64,000 nt of DNA from positions 22,443-86,442 of the forward strand of contig CAZXQU010000003.1 of NCBI GenBank assembly GCA_964642545.1. The letters run 5' to 3'. A program made the translations under genes and the position numbers. Below the pieces are notes generated by a model. That model was given only the letters and a program-made list of their open reading frames with translations, was not told where the DNA came from and searched no databases. The stretch comes from an uncultured Prolixibacteraceae bacterium. GTDB lineage: Bacteria > Bacteroidota > Bacteroidia > Bacteroidales > FEN-979. Positions 54,423 to 62,339 of this stretch are shown one piece after another; positions within the stretch are counted from its first letter, which is position 1; each line of letters starts with the position of its first letter.

Positions 54423-55418
54423 ATGATTAAATTGATATTCATTTTGATAACTATCATGTTATCAACAGCTTACTCATACAGCCAATATCCACCACCACCC
54501 GGCTATCCAGGTACTACTGCCATGTTTCAGGATAGTACAGCGTTCCGCGCTTGGGCCAGTGGTTGTGTCGTTGAAGCTGGTTATATCAATTTCGTTGACA
54601 CTACCGTTTATCACATGGAATCAAACAAAGCTTCTTATGGCTTTGCCGAAGATGCTACCGGTATTCCGGATAACTTTGTCGTCAGCCTGGGAGATAGGGG
54701 GGTTGCTATGCTTACTCTTCCTTCTCCTATGTTTGATAGCACAGGTCCTGATTTTGCCGTATTTGAGAACGCATTTGGTGACGAGTTTCTGGAACTTGCT
54801 TTTATAGAGGTGAGTTCAAATGGAATTGATTTTGTCAGATTTCCATCCGTGTCTCTAACTCCTGAAACTCCTCAGGTCATGACATTCGGAACTCTTGATG
54901 CCACACACATCTATAATCTGGCAGGAAAATACAGGGTTTTTTATGGAACTCCATTCGATCTTAATGAATTGAAAGACAGTCTTTCTGTAGATATTTCAGC
55001 CATAACCCATATCCGTGTCATTGATATCGGCGGATGTATTCTCCCTGGCTATCAATCATTCGACTCTCAGGGACATATCATCAACGATCCATGGCCCACT
55101 CCATTTAATACCAGTGGATTTGACCTCGATGCGGTTGGAATAATCCATATTGAAACCCAGTCAATTCCTATTACATCTGAGACGGTTCCCATCCGGCTAT
55201 ACCCAAACCCGGTTCACCATATATTACACATCAATCATTCGTTTCATTCTTCCGTACAACTTTCATTGGTGGATTCTTTTGGAAAAGTCTGCGTTTCTGA
55301 CGTGGAGCTCGGAAATCACATTGAAATAGACCTGTCGGATTATCAGCAAGGGCTTTATTTTGCACTATTTACCCTTGAAGACGGAAAGAAGATTAGCCGA
55401 AAGTTCATTAAACAATAG
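54423..55418 (+). CDS. secreted protein of unknown function with T9SS C-terminal sorting domain
   Basis: Signal peptide present. The core contains GPDFAVFENAFGDEFLELAFIEVSSNGIDFVRFPS and FDLDAVG. The C-terminus IRLYPNPVHHILHINH...GLYFALFTLEDGKKISRKFIKQ is a T9SS CTD. Confidence 0.65.
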   Translation: MIKLIFILITIMLSTAYSYSQYPPPPGYPGTTAMFQDSTAFRAWASGCVVEAGYINFVDTTVYHMESNKASYGFAEDATGIPDNFVVSLGDRGVAMLTLPSPMFDSTGPDFAVFENAFGDEFLELAFIEVSSNGIDFVRFPSVSLTPETPQVMTFGTLDATHIYNLAGKYRVFYGTPFDLNELKDSLSVDISAITHIRVIDIGGCILPGYQSFDSQGHIINDPWPTPFNTSGFDLDAVGIIHIETQSIPITSETVPIRLYPNPVHHILHINHSFHSSVQLSLVDSFGKVCVSDVELGNHIEIDLSDYQQGLYFALFTLEDGKKISRKFIKQ

Positions 55419-55438
55419 GTAGAAGAAAGCATAACGTC

Positions 55439-57370
55439 TTGACGGGAATCGGAAAGCATTTCAGAGAACCTTCTCTTCTTATTTTGCTCGTGATCGCTAT
55501 ATCTAACGCAGCATCAGGGCAACATTTATCAGATACTCTCAGGTTAAAAGAGATTGAGGTGAAGGCCAGTTTTCAGGTTAATAACAAGGGTTTTAAGCAA
55601 GTCAGACTCGATTCTACAATCCTAATTCCGAGGCTTGATGCAAATCTTGCTACAATTTTAACACAATACTCTACTGTTTTCATTAAATCGTACGGAAGCA
55701 ACAACCTGGCAACCCCTTCGTTTCGTGGCACTTCAGCGCATCATACAATCGTTGAGTGGAATGGTGTAACGATCAATTCACCCATGCTCGGACAGATCGA
55801 CTTATCACAGCTGCCTGTTGCTCAATTTCAGGGGATTGAGATACTCTATGGCGCATCGGGTCTGAGCAGGACGAGTGGTGCGTTTGGAGGCATAATTAAC
55901 CTGAAAACAAGTCCCAACTGGAACAACAGACTTTCTACTGATATCACACAAACTATTGCCAGCTTTAATAATTATACCACTACGTTGAATGTCGAAACAG
56001 GAAGTTCCAATTTTCAGTCAATTACCCGGGCAAACTTTGGTATCGGAAAGAATGATTTCCCATATTACAATGATTACACGGGAAAGGAGGAAAAACAAAC
56101 AAACGCGGCTTATACACAATATGGCTTCTCTGAAGATATCTTTGCTAAATTCAGGGACAGGCACCTGATTTCGGCAAGGGTCTGGTACAACTATTCCAAC
56201 CGGGATAATCCTCCATTAATTACGAATCTCGACCCCAACTATGTTGAAAATATGACAGATAAATCTTTCCGAAGCCTTGTTGAATACAAATATATTCAAC
56301 GAGCCTTTATTGGAACTGTTTCATCTGCATTAATTTACAATCATCTTCTCTATACCAGTAATACACAAAACGCTGAGCATCAGTACTACTCTTTCATTAG
56401 CAAGATACAGGGAAGTTTTTCCGGTATCAGGAATTTATTAATTCGACCAGGTATTGATCTTACTCACGACTGGGTTAACTCTGATGCCTATTCCAAGTTG
56501 AAGCAGCGAAATGTATTGGGAGGATTTGCAGAGATTATATACACACCCTTAAAGTTCATTACTGTTTCCATGATGGCAAGAGAAGATGTGGTGGATGGGG
56601 AACTTATGCCATTTATTCCTGCTATGGGATTTGAAATCAAGCCTTTTCACACTGTAAATCTTTCTCTTTCAGGCAACCTCTCAAGAAACTATCGATACCC
56701 CTCTCTGAATGATCTCTATTGGGAACTATGGGGCAATACCAACCTTTTACCCGAAGTAAGTTACAGTGTTGAAGGAGGTATAACATGGAATATGCTCAAT
56801 GACTCTAAGCGGTTCTTCATTGAAACGGAACTCACTGGTTACTATCTGCTGATGAAGGATATGATTGTATGGTCACCATCAGTTACCAGCAGTGCTATCT
56901 GGATCCCTGAGAATATCAGTGAAGTGCTTTCAAGAGGAATCGAGACCGGAATTAACTCAACTATTGTATTCTGGAACAGTAACGTTGACCTGAATGTGAC
57001 GTATAATTATTGCAGATCAACTTACCTGAAAGAGACAAATCCGAATGGCTCATCTGTGGGGAATCAATTGATATATACGCCAATTCACACAATGAACACC
57101 TCTTTAAGGTTTGAAAAGAGTGGATATTATTTTTCCTATTTATTCAACTATATCAGCAGAAGGTACCTTGGAAAAGAAAATACTGCTTATATGCCAGGGT
57201 ATAATTTGTCCAATATCTTTTTAGGGAAAAGTTTTCACATGAAAGATTTTATGTTATCTTTACAAGTTGAAATAAACAATCTTTTTGGTCTGGATTATCA
57301 ATCAATAGCCTATCGCCCTATGCCTGGCAGAAATTTTGCCATTACAATCAAGGGTAGTTTTAGCAAATAA
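55439..57370 (+). CDS. TonB-dependent outer-membrane receptor, short (BtuB/siderophore-size, not SusC-size)
   Basis: 643 aa. Contains plug blocks (FIKSYGSNNLATPSFRGTSAHHTIVEWNGVTINSP) and a C-terminal beta-barrel ending ...NFAITIKGSF. The apparent start is TTG. Confidence 0.85.
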   Translation: MTGIGKHFREPSLLILLVIAISNAASGQHLSDTLRLKEIEVKASFQVNNKGFKQVRLDSTILIPRLDANLATILTQYSTVFIKSYGSNNLATPSFRGTSAHHTIVEWNGVTINSPMLGQIDLSQLPVAQFQGIEILYGASGLSRTSGAFGGIINLKTSPNWNNRLSTDITQTIASFNNYTTTLNVETGSSNFQSITRANFGIGKNDFPYYNDYTGKEEKQTNAAYTQYGFSEDIFAKFRDRHLISARVWYNYSNRDNPPLITNLDPNYVENMTDKSFRSLVEYKYIQRAFIGTVSSALIYNHLLYTSNTQNAEHQYYSFISKIQGSFSGIRNLLIRPGIDLTHDWVNSDAYSKLKQRNVLGGFAEIIYTPLKFITVSMMAREDVVDGELMPFIPAMGFEIKPFHTVNLSLSGNLSRNYRYPSLNDLYWELWGNTNLLPEVSYSVEGGITWNMLNDSKRFFIETELTGYYLLMKDMIVWSPSVTSSAIWIPENISEVLSRGIETGINSTIVFWNSNVDLNVTYNYCRSTYLKETNPNGSSVGNQLIYTPIHTMNTSLRFEKSGYYFSYLFNYISRRYLGKENTAYMPGYNLSNIFLGKSFHMKDFMLSLQVEINNLFGLDYQSIAYRPMPGRNFAITIKGSFSK

Positions 57371-58539
57371 TGAGACCAATGAGATATTTCTTAACTTTAA
57401 AATCAGTGGGTAAAAAGTCTAGCAGGGACAGATTTGACTTTTCTATTTCTGCCCTTTTTCTCGGGATAATATCGATTTTAGTGATATCTTCCTGTTCTAA
57501 AGAGCCCATTCGCCCTGAACCGGGTTCTCCAACTCCTCCTCCTGATGATTCTACTACTTTTGTAAATGGTTTCTTCGTTGTCAATGAAGGAAATTTCAAC
57601 TGGGGAAACGCCTCAGTTACTTATATTGATAACGCAACAGGGGTAGCAATCCAGAATATTTTCGAAGAGGTAAACAACCGTCCCCTTGGAGATGTTGCCC
57701 AGTCTATGAAGGTTATGAACAACCGTGGGTACATCGTGGTAAATGCATCAAACAGGATTGAGGTAGTGGATCTTGTAGATTTTAAAATGATTAAGAGCAT
57801 AGAAGGGTTCAACTCCCCAAGATATATTGAATTTGTTGATTCCACCAAAGCCTATGTAACTAACCTCTACAAGGATATCTCTGTTGTTGACCTTACCACT
57901 ATGACCATCACGAAATCAATCCAAACTCCGGAATGGACAGAGGGCATGGTGAAGTATAATCAGTACATGTTTGTTACCTGTATTGGTGAATTTAATGAAC
58001 CTAGTTTAAAGAGGAAAGCCAAATTGCTGATTATTGATACAAATGAGGATAAAATTGTTGACAGCATCCCAACTGCTTCTGAACCAATCGGTATTGTTAT
58101 TGATAAAAAATTGAAATTGTGGGTTTTATGCTCTGGTGGTTGGGATGGCTTCTCTGCGCCGGCTCTGATTCGAGTGAATCCTGACCTGAAACAGATTGAA
58201 AAGGCTTTTTCGTTTCCTACTACTGATGTGCCAAGCAAACTTTCTATCAACCCTACGAAAGATACTATTTACTATCTTCAAAATGGGATCTACCAGATGC
58301 CTGTAACTGCATCAGCCGTTCCACTCCAACCACTTGTTTATTCTGGAACCCGACTGTTCTATGGCATGGCAATTCATCCGGTTGATGGAACTATCTATGC
58401 TACAGATGCGATTGATTATGTGCAGGCCGGCGTTGCATTCCAGTTCTCCTCCTCAACCGGAGCCCAGATGCGCTCATGGGAAGCTGGCCGAATTCCAGGG
58501 TCCTTCTGTTTTGGTGAAACCCAAACGTCCAGCAAATAG
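57370..58539 (+). CDS. YncE/DUF5074-like beta-propeller lipoprotein
   Basis: Has the lipobox LVISSC. FVVNEGNFNWGNASVTYID...RIEVVDLVDFKMIKSI... is typical of propeller partners encoded next to TonB receptors. The start overlaps the receptor stop by 1 nt. Confidence 0.65.
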   Translation: MRPMRYFLTLKSVGKKSSRDRFDFSISALFLGIISILVISSCSKEPIRPEPGSPTPPPDDSTTFVNGFFVVNEGNFNWGNASVTYIDNATGVAIQNIFEEVNNRPLGDVAQSMKVMNNRGYIVVNASNRIEVVDLVDFKMIKSIEGFNSPRYIEFVDSTKAYVTNLYKDISVVDLTTMTITKSIQTPEWTEGMVKYNQYMFVTCIGEFNEPSLKRKAKLLIIDTNEDKIVDSIPTASEPIGIVIDKKLKLWVLCSGGWDGFSAPALIRVNPDLKQIEKAFSFPTTDVPSKLSINPTKDTIYYLQNGIYQMPVTASAVPLQPLVYSGTRLFYGMAIHPVDGTIYATDAIDYVQAGVAFQFSSSTGAQMRSWEAGRIPGSFCFGETQTSSK

Positions 58540-58556
58540 TTTTAATATCTTTAGTT

Positions 58557-58991
58557 ATGCAAGAATTCGTTGAAACTCGATGGATGGGACAAATGACATT
58601 TGAAGCTGCCATTGATGGATACCCTGTAAAAATGGATGCCAGTCCTGAGCATGGTGGAAGTAATTTCGGTCCCAGGCCTAAGCCGATAATATTATCTTCC
58701 CTTGCAGGATGCACAGGGATGGATATTGTATCTATACTTACGAAAAAACGGATTACCTTTCATGATTTCAGAATCCTGATTCATGCTGAGATGACTGAAA
58801 CCCATCCGAAATACTACCACAAAATCCATCTTGTTTACCACTTTACAGGTGAAAACTTTGAAGGGAATATGGAGTTATTTGAGAAAATCAAACGGTCCAT
58901 TGAACTTTCCAGTGACAATTATTGTGGTGTGAGTGCTATGTTGCGAAAATCCTGTGATATCACATGGGAAATCCAACTCAAGAATTTATAA
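58557..58991 (+). CDS. OsmC/Ohr-family peroxiredoxin-like protein
   Basis: 144 aa with two conserved Cys contexts (LAGCTGMDIV, DNYCGVSAML). Confidence 0.8.
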   Translation: MQEFVETRWMGQMTFEAAIDGYPVKMDASPEHGGSNFGPRPKPIILSSLAGCTGMDIVSILTKKRITFHDFRILIHAEMTETHPKYYHKIHLVYHFTGENFEGNMELFEKIKRSIELSSDNYCGVSAMLRKSCDITWEIQLKNL

Positions 58992-59621
58992 TAACGCTTT
59001 GATTACCTCCTTAAATTCACTGAGAATCATAGCAGTAGCTCCCCAGATAACATATCCGTTCACGACAAAAGCAGGTGCCTTTATTTGAATACCAACTCCT
59101 ATTCTGTGCTTTGTTACCTGTAATGCAGTATCACTAAAAAGGTCACGAATCTTTAGTTCAATGATCTCATCCACTTCAGATGGATCTTTTATAAAATCAG
59201 GCCTTTGGATGCTATAGCCCACAAAAGGAGAGACAAGAAACCTGCTCGGCGGAATGTAGAGATCCGACAATTTCCCAAGAATCCGGACCTCCTCAGGAAT
59301 AATTCCAACCTCCTCATTGGATTCACGCAAGGCAGTGTCGGTTAGATTGAAGTCTTCGGGTTCTCGTTTGCCTCCTGGAAGACTGATCTGGCCAGAATGA
59401 ACTCCTTGATAATCGGGACGTTGAATAAATACTATATAGATGTCTTTACCAATAGGATATAACAGTAATAACACGCTGCTGGGTTTCGCTTCTGGCGATG
59501 GGACAGATCCCGTTAATTCCTGAATCCGCTTCATCGACGACATGCGAAGCTGAGCTTGCATACCGGGGAGTGGTCGCGATAAGGCCTCTGAAATTGATGC
59601 TATGAAATGTTCGAAAGGCAC
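58986..59621 (-). CDS. Nudix hydrolase (CoA pyrophosphatase-like)
   Basis: Contains the Nudix box GGKREPEDFNLTDTALRESNEEVGI. Confidence 0.8.
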   Translation of the reverse strand: MPFEHFIASISEALSRPLPGMQAQLRMSSMKRIQELTGSVPSPEAKPSSVLLLLYPIGKDIYIVFIQRPDYQGVHSGQISLPGGKREPEDFNLTDTALRESNEEVGIIPEEVRILGKLSDLYIPPSRFLVSPFVGYSIQRPDFIKDPSEVDEIIELKIRDLFSDTALQVTKHRIGVGIQIKAPAFVVNGYVIWGATAMILSEFKEVIKALL

Positions 59622-59697
59622 AGGAATAAATATTTTGCCAAAAATACAATATGCTCATGAAAAAATTAGTATACTTGTGCTTTCCAAGCTTACAACG

Positions 59698-59973
59698 ATG
59701 GTTAAAGAGAAAGTTAAACCTGTTGAAAGTCAAGATGATTTGGCTCAGAATGCAAGCCAGATAATTTTGTTTAATGATGATGTCAACTCTTTCGATTTTG
59801 TAATCGAAGTGCTAGTTGACGTTTGCCAGCATGCCCCCATGCAGGCTGAGCAATGTGCCTGGATTGCTCATTACAAAGGAAAATGTGGGATAAAGGAGGG
59901 ATATTTCTCTGAACTGAAACCACTGTACGATGAAATATGCAACAGAGGATTGACAGTTTCAATTGAGAAATGA
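59698..59973 (+). CDS. clpS: ATP-dependent Clp protease adaptor ClpS
   Basis: ILFNDDVNSFDFVIEVLVDVCQHAPMQAEQCAWIAHYKGKCGI is ClpS-like. The start is at the 59698 ATG. Confidence 0.85.
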   Translation: MVKEKVKPVESQDDLAQNASQIILFNDDVNSFDFVIEVLVDVCQHAPMQAEQCAWIAHYKGKCGIKEGYFSELKPLYDEICNRGLTVSIEK

Positions 59974-60054
59974 ACAGGTTATTAATATCTTATTAACCCC
60001 TCTTTTTCTTACACTACTCAAAACTCTTATAATCTGTATTTTAATCTCAAGTGA

Positions 60055-60077
60055 GTTATTAACAATTTGTTAATAAC
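60055..60077. promoter_or_regulatory. 23-nt perfect inverted repeat GTTATTAACAA-T-TTGTTAATAAC
   Basis: The 11-nt arms were checked by hand. It lies 82 nt after the clpS stop and 63 nt before the -7 box at 60140. It could be the clpS terminator hairpin or an operator. Confidence 0.4.
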
Positions 60078-60139
60078 AGTTGTTGATTTCATGTGAATAT
60101 AAATCAATCAAATTTATTGACTTCCTATTTCGCATAGTG

Positions 60140-60147
60140 TATATTTG
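60140..60147 (+). promoter_or_regulatory. Bacteroidota -7 promoter box (TATATTTG) in front of the GC-rich RNA candidate
   Basis: Exact TAnnTTTG match. The composition jumps from AT-rich to GC-rich about 10 nt downstream. Confidence 0.5.
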
Positions 60148-60154
60148 CTATCGC

Positions 60155-60460
60155 AAGTGAGGGATAAAAGGCCCTCTGAGAAGTTGGGGATGTGAAAGCA
60201 GTATCCGTAAGGTGACAGCACTCCAGAACCAAGCCTGAACAAAGGTGAATCCGCAAGATTCACTCGGATAGCAGGTCACATAATCAGGGCGCTCCCGATG
60301 CCGGCTTCCGCAAGGGAGATTGGAACGGAGAGCGGGACGGGAAGAAGGGGTAACCCGGAGAATCGTCAGCCACAATAACCGTAGCTTGACACACCAGGTG
60401 GCCACGGCCGCTTGGATGTAGGATGGGAATTCTGTCGGACAGACGGGGTTCCCATCACGG
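60155..60460 (+). ncRNA. candidate structured non-coding RNA, class unassigned
   Basis: No credible ORF on either strand. G+C is 39/60 in 60301-60360 versus 12/60 in 60061-60120 (hand counts). GNRA-capped hairpins lie at 60245-60263 (loop CGCAA), 60301-60323 (GCAA) and 60336-60367 (GUAA). An end-closing helix pairs 60157-60164 with 60450-60458. The boundaries are approximate. Confidence 0.5.
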
Positions 60461-60567
60461 TTTATTGCTGAACTTTTGCAGAAATATCAATGGTTCCATC
60501 TTCTTCCTGCTGGTTTCAAATCATTTGCCATTTTGGGTATTATTATCTGAAACTGCTGATTTTTTCT

Positions 60568-61323
60568 CTAGAGGATAAAAGGGATCAGCGCTTTTCTTTT
60601 TGAAGGATAACCAGGAAATGTAGATTGATACCATCGGTGATGATGCAATGCTCTCGGCAGAAGATTTACCAATGTCCAAACAGCAAATGCAAGTGCAGGA
60701 GTGCACCATGTCATCATCGCAAACCCAAACCACTCAATGATCTCACTGAAATGGTTCGGACAGGAAATATAGTTGAATAACCCTTTCTGAGGAATAAAAT
60801 ACCCTGTTTGACCTGGTTTTCTTAAATGGATCAGGATGTTATCAGATTGCCAGTTAATTGCCATTCCACTCAGAAACATAACCATACCGATAATAAACCG
60901 GGGATCTGTAAGCCATGATATTGGGTAGGAGGCAAGAGAACCAAGGTAATAGCCATTGATAAAACCATTGACAAAATTGAATCCCAATGCCATAAATACA
61001 ATTGCGAGTGGCATTTTCTTTCCTTTGGTCCTTAGTCGGAAAGGGAAAATAACGGTTCTGTTAATATAATGAAACACCCATAAACCGAAAAAGATCCATG
61101 TTACTACATTGTGTTTTGAAGAACCAAATAGGAAAAGACCTGCAAAGACAAGAAGGGAAGGGGATTCCATAATAATCCAACCGAGTTTGTTATTGATCAG
61201 CGCTCCCCATTGTTTGGTCGTATGACGCCCATAGGGTGCTGTGATATGCAGGACGATTGGAAAAATCACCAGCGCTATTGCAATCCACACATATACAATG
61301 AAATAAAACGTAGAATTACTCAT
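60568..61323 (-). CDS. steroid 5-alpha-reductase / polyprenol-reductase-family membrane protein
   Basis: 251 aa with 6-7 TM helices. The C-terminal block YISCPNHFSEIIEWFGFAMMTW is typical of the 3-oxo-5-alpha-steroid 4-dehydrogenase family. Confidence 0.75.
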   Translation of the reverse strand: MSNSTFYFIVYVWIAIALVIFPIVLHITAPYGRHTTKQWGALINNKLGWIIMESPSLLVFAGLFLFGSSKHNVVTWIFFGLWVFHYINRTVIFPFRLRTKGKKMPLAIVFMALGFNFVNGFINGYYLGSLASYPISWLTDPRFIIGMVMFLSGMAINWQSDNILIHLRKPGQTGYFIPQKGLFNYISCPNHFSEIIEWFGFAMMTWCTPALAFAVWTLVNLLPRALHHHRWYQSTFPGYPSKRKALIPFIL

Positions 61324-61335
61324 GAAAATACCAGG

Positions 61336-62316
61336 TTAGTGAATGTATCCATGTTCCCGGAACCAGGAAAAAGCATCGCGTATGGTCTCTTCAAGATCCC
61401 GTGATGAAAAATTCAGCTCCCGTTTTGCTTTGGCATTAGTGATCAAACGACTTCCTTCTGATATGATTTGCAGAGATTCCTTTGTATATAAAGGTTCTAC
61501 TCCTGCAATATTACTATACAGGGTGATGAATGGTAAACCAACCTTTGCAACCCACATGGGCATTACGGTACGGGGTGTTTTCGCACCAGTAGCCTTCGCT
61601 ACCATTTGTGACAGTTCGGATAAACTGTGCCATGTACCGGATAAGAGATATTTTTCACCGGATTTACCCATTGTCATCGCACTGATGGCTCCTTGAACAA
61701 CATCCCTGACATCCACCCAGTTGTATCCTCCTGGAACCAGGGCAGGAATCTGGTTGTGGTATAGTTCAAGCAGCGCTTTCCCAATTAAACCGGGTTCAGG
61801 ATCATCCGGCCCGATAATGGCAGTAGGGCAAAGGATGACAGCATTAAGTCCGTTCGCAGCAGCCTGGTGAACAGCCCGTTCCCCTTCTGCTTTAGACCTG
61901 TCATATGCAAAACCTTCAGATCCAACTATCGGGCGGGTCTCATCAAGCAACTCGTTTAAAGGATATTGCTGGAATGCGTGAATACTGCTAAAATGAATAA
62001 ATCTCTTTGTATTTTGTTCTTGGGCTACCTCAACGATATTTTTTGTACCTTCTGCATTGATCTTCCACACCATGCCATCAGGATCGCCTTTGATAGAGAT
62101 GTATGCAGCAAGATGAAAACAGTAATCAATATCTTGCATAAAGAATTTAAGAGATTCTTTATCAAGTATATCACCTTTAACTAACTCAACAGGCAAATCC
62201 TTGATAGCCTTGTTATGAGTGTGCGTTAGTGCTCTTACTTGATATCCTTTCTTAAGAAGGGCTTTACAAAGGTTGGAGCCAACATGTCCGTTAGCTCCTG
62301 TTACGGCTATTTTCAT
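61336..62316 (-). CDS. NAD(P)-dependent extended SDR (dihydroflavonol-reductase / 3-beta-HSD-like)
   Basis: Contains the VTGANGHVGSNL Rossmann motif and the YDRSK catalytic YxxxK. The start is at the 62316 ATG. Confidence 0.8.
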   Translation of the reverse strand: MKIAVTGANGHVGSNLCKALLKKGYQVRALTHTHNKAIKDLPVELVKGDILDKESLKFFMQDIDYCFHLAAYISIKGDPDGMVWKINAEGTKNIVEVAQEQNTKRFIHFSSIHAFQQYPLNELLDETRPIVGSEGFAYDRSKAEGERAVHQAAANGLNAVILCPTAIIGPDDPEPGLIGKALLELYHNQIPALVPGGYNWVDVRDVVQGAISAMTMGKSGEKYLLSGTWHSLSELSQMVAKATGAKTPRTVMPMWVAKVGLPFITLYSNIAGVEPLYTKESLQIISEGSRLITNAKAKRELNFSSRDLEETIRDAFSWFREHGYIH

Positions 62317-62339
62317 CGCTGCAAAAATAGAAATATTTA

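Noticed and set aside
55439-57370. SusC-like PUL transporter
   Set aside because: At 643 aa it is far shorter than SusC-type receptors (about 1000 aa). No SusD-like gene follows it.
60325-60390. Calling the element a ydaO/c-di-AMP riboswitch
   Set aside because: Only the 3' block resembles the consensus, and that is from memory. The element is more than twice the usual length. The GGUGAAUCC segment forms a perfect local hairpin rather than the expected fold. No same-strand gene follows it. I keep it as a note inside the finding, not as a call.
60148-60405. 85-aa minus-strand ORF in the GC-rich intergenic core
   Set aside because: Its composition (rich in Arg, Leu, Trp, Cys, Pro) is unlike real proteins. 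It has no start context. It lies antisense to a segment with plus-strand GNRA hairpins and a plus-strand promoter box. I treat it as a by-product of GC-rich structured RNA.
60155-60460. Identification of the RNA candidate as RNase P RNA or tmRNA (the size would fit)
   Set aside because: I could not find the universally conserved RNase P strings (GGAAAGUCCGGGC-type CR-I, ACAGAACCCGGCUUA-type CR-V) or complementary P4 strands. I found no tRNA-like acceptor/T-arm end and no ...ALAA-type tag reading frame for tmRNA. This needs cmscan to be definitive.
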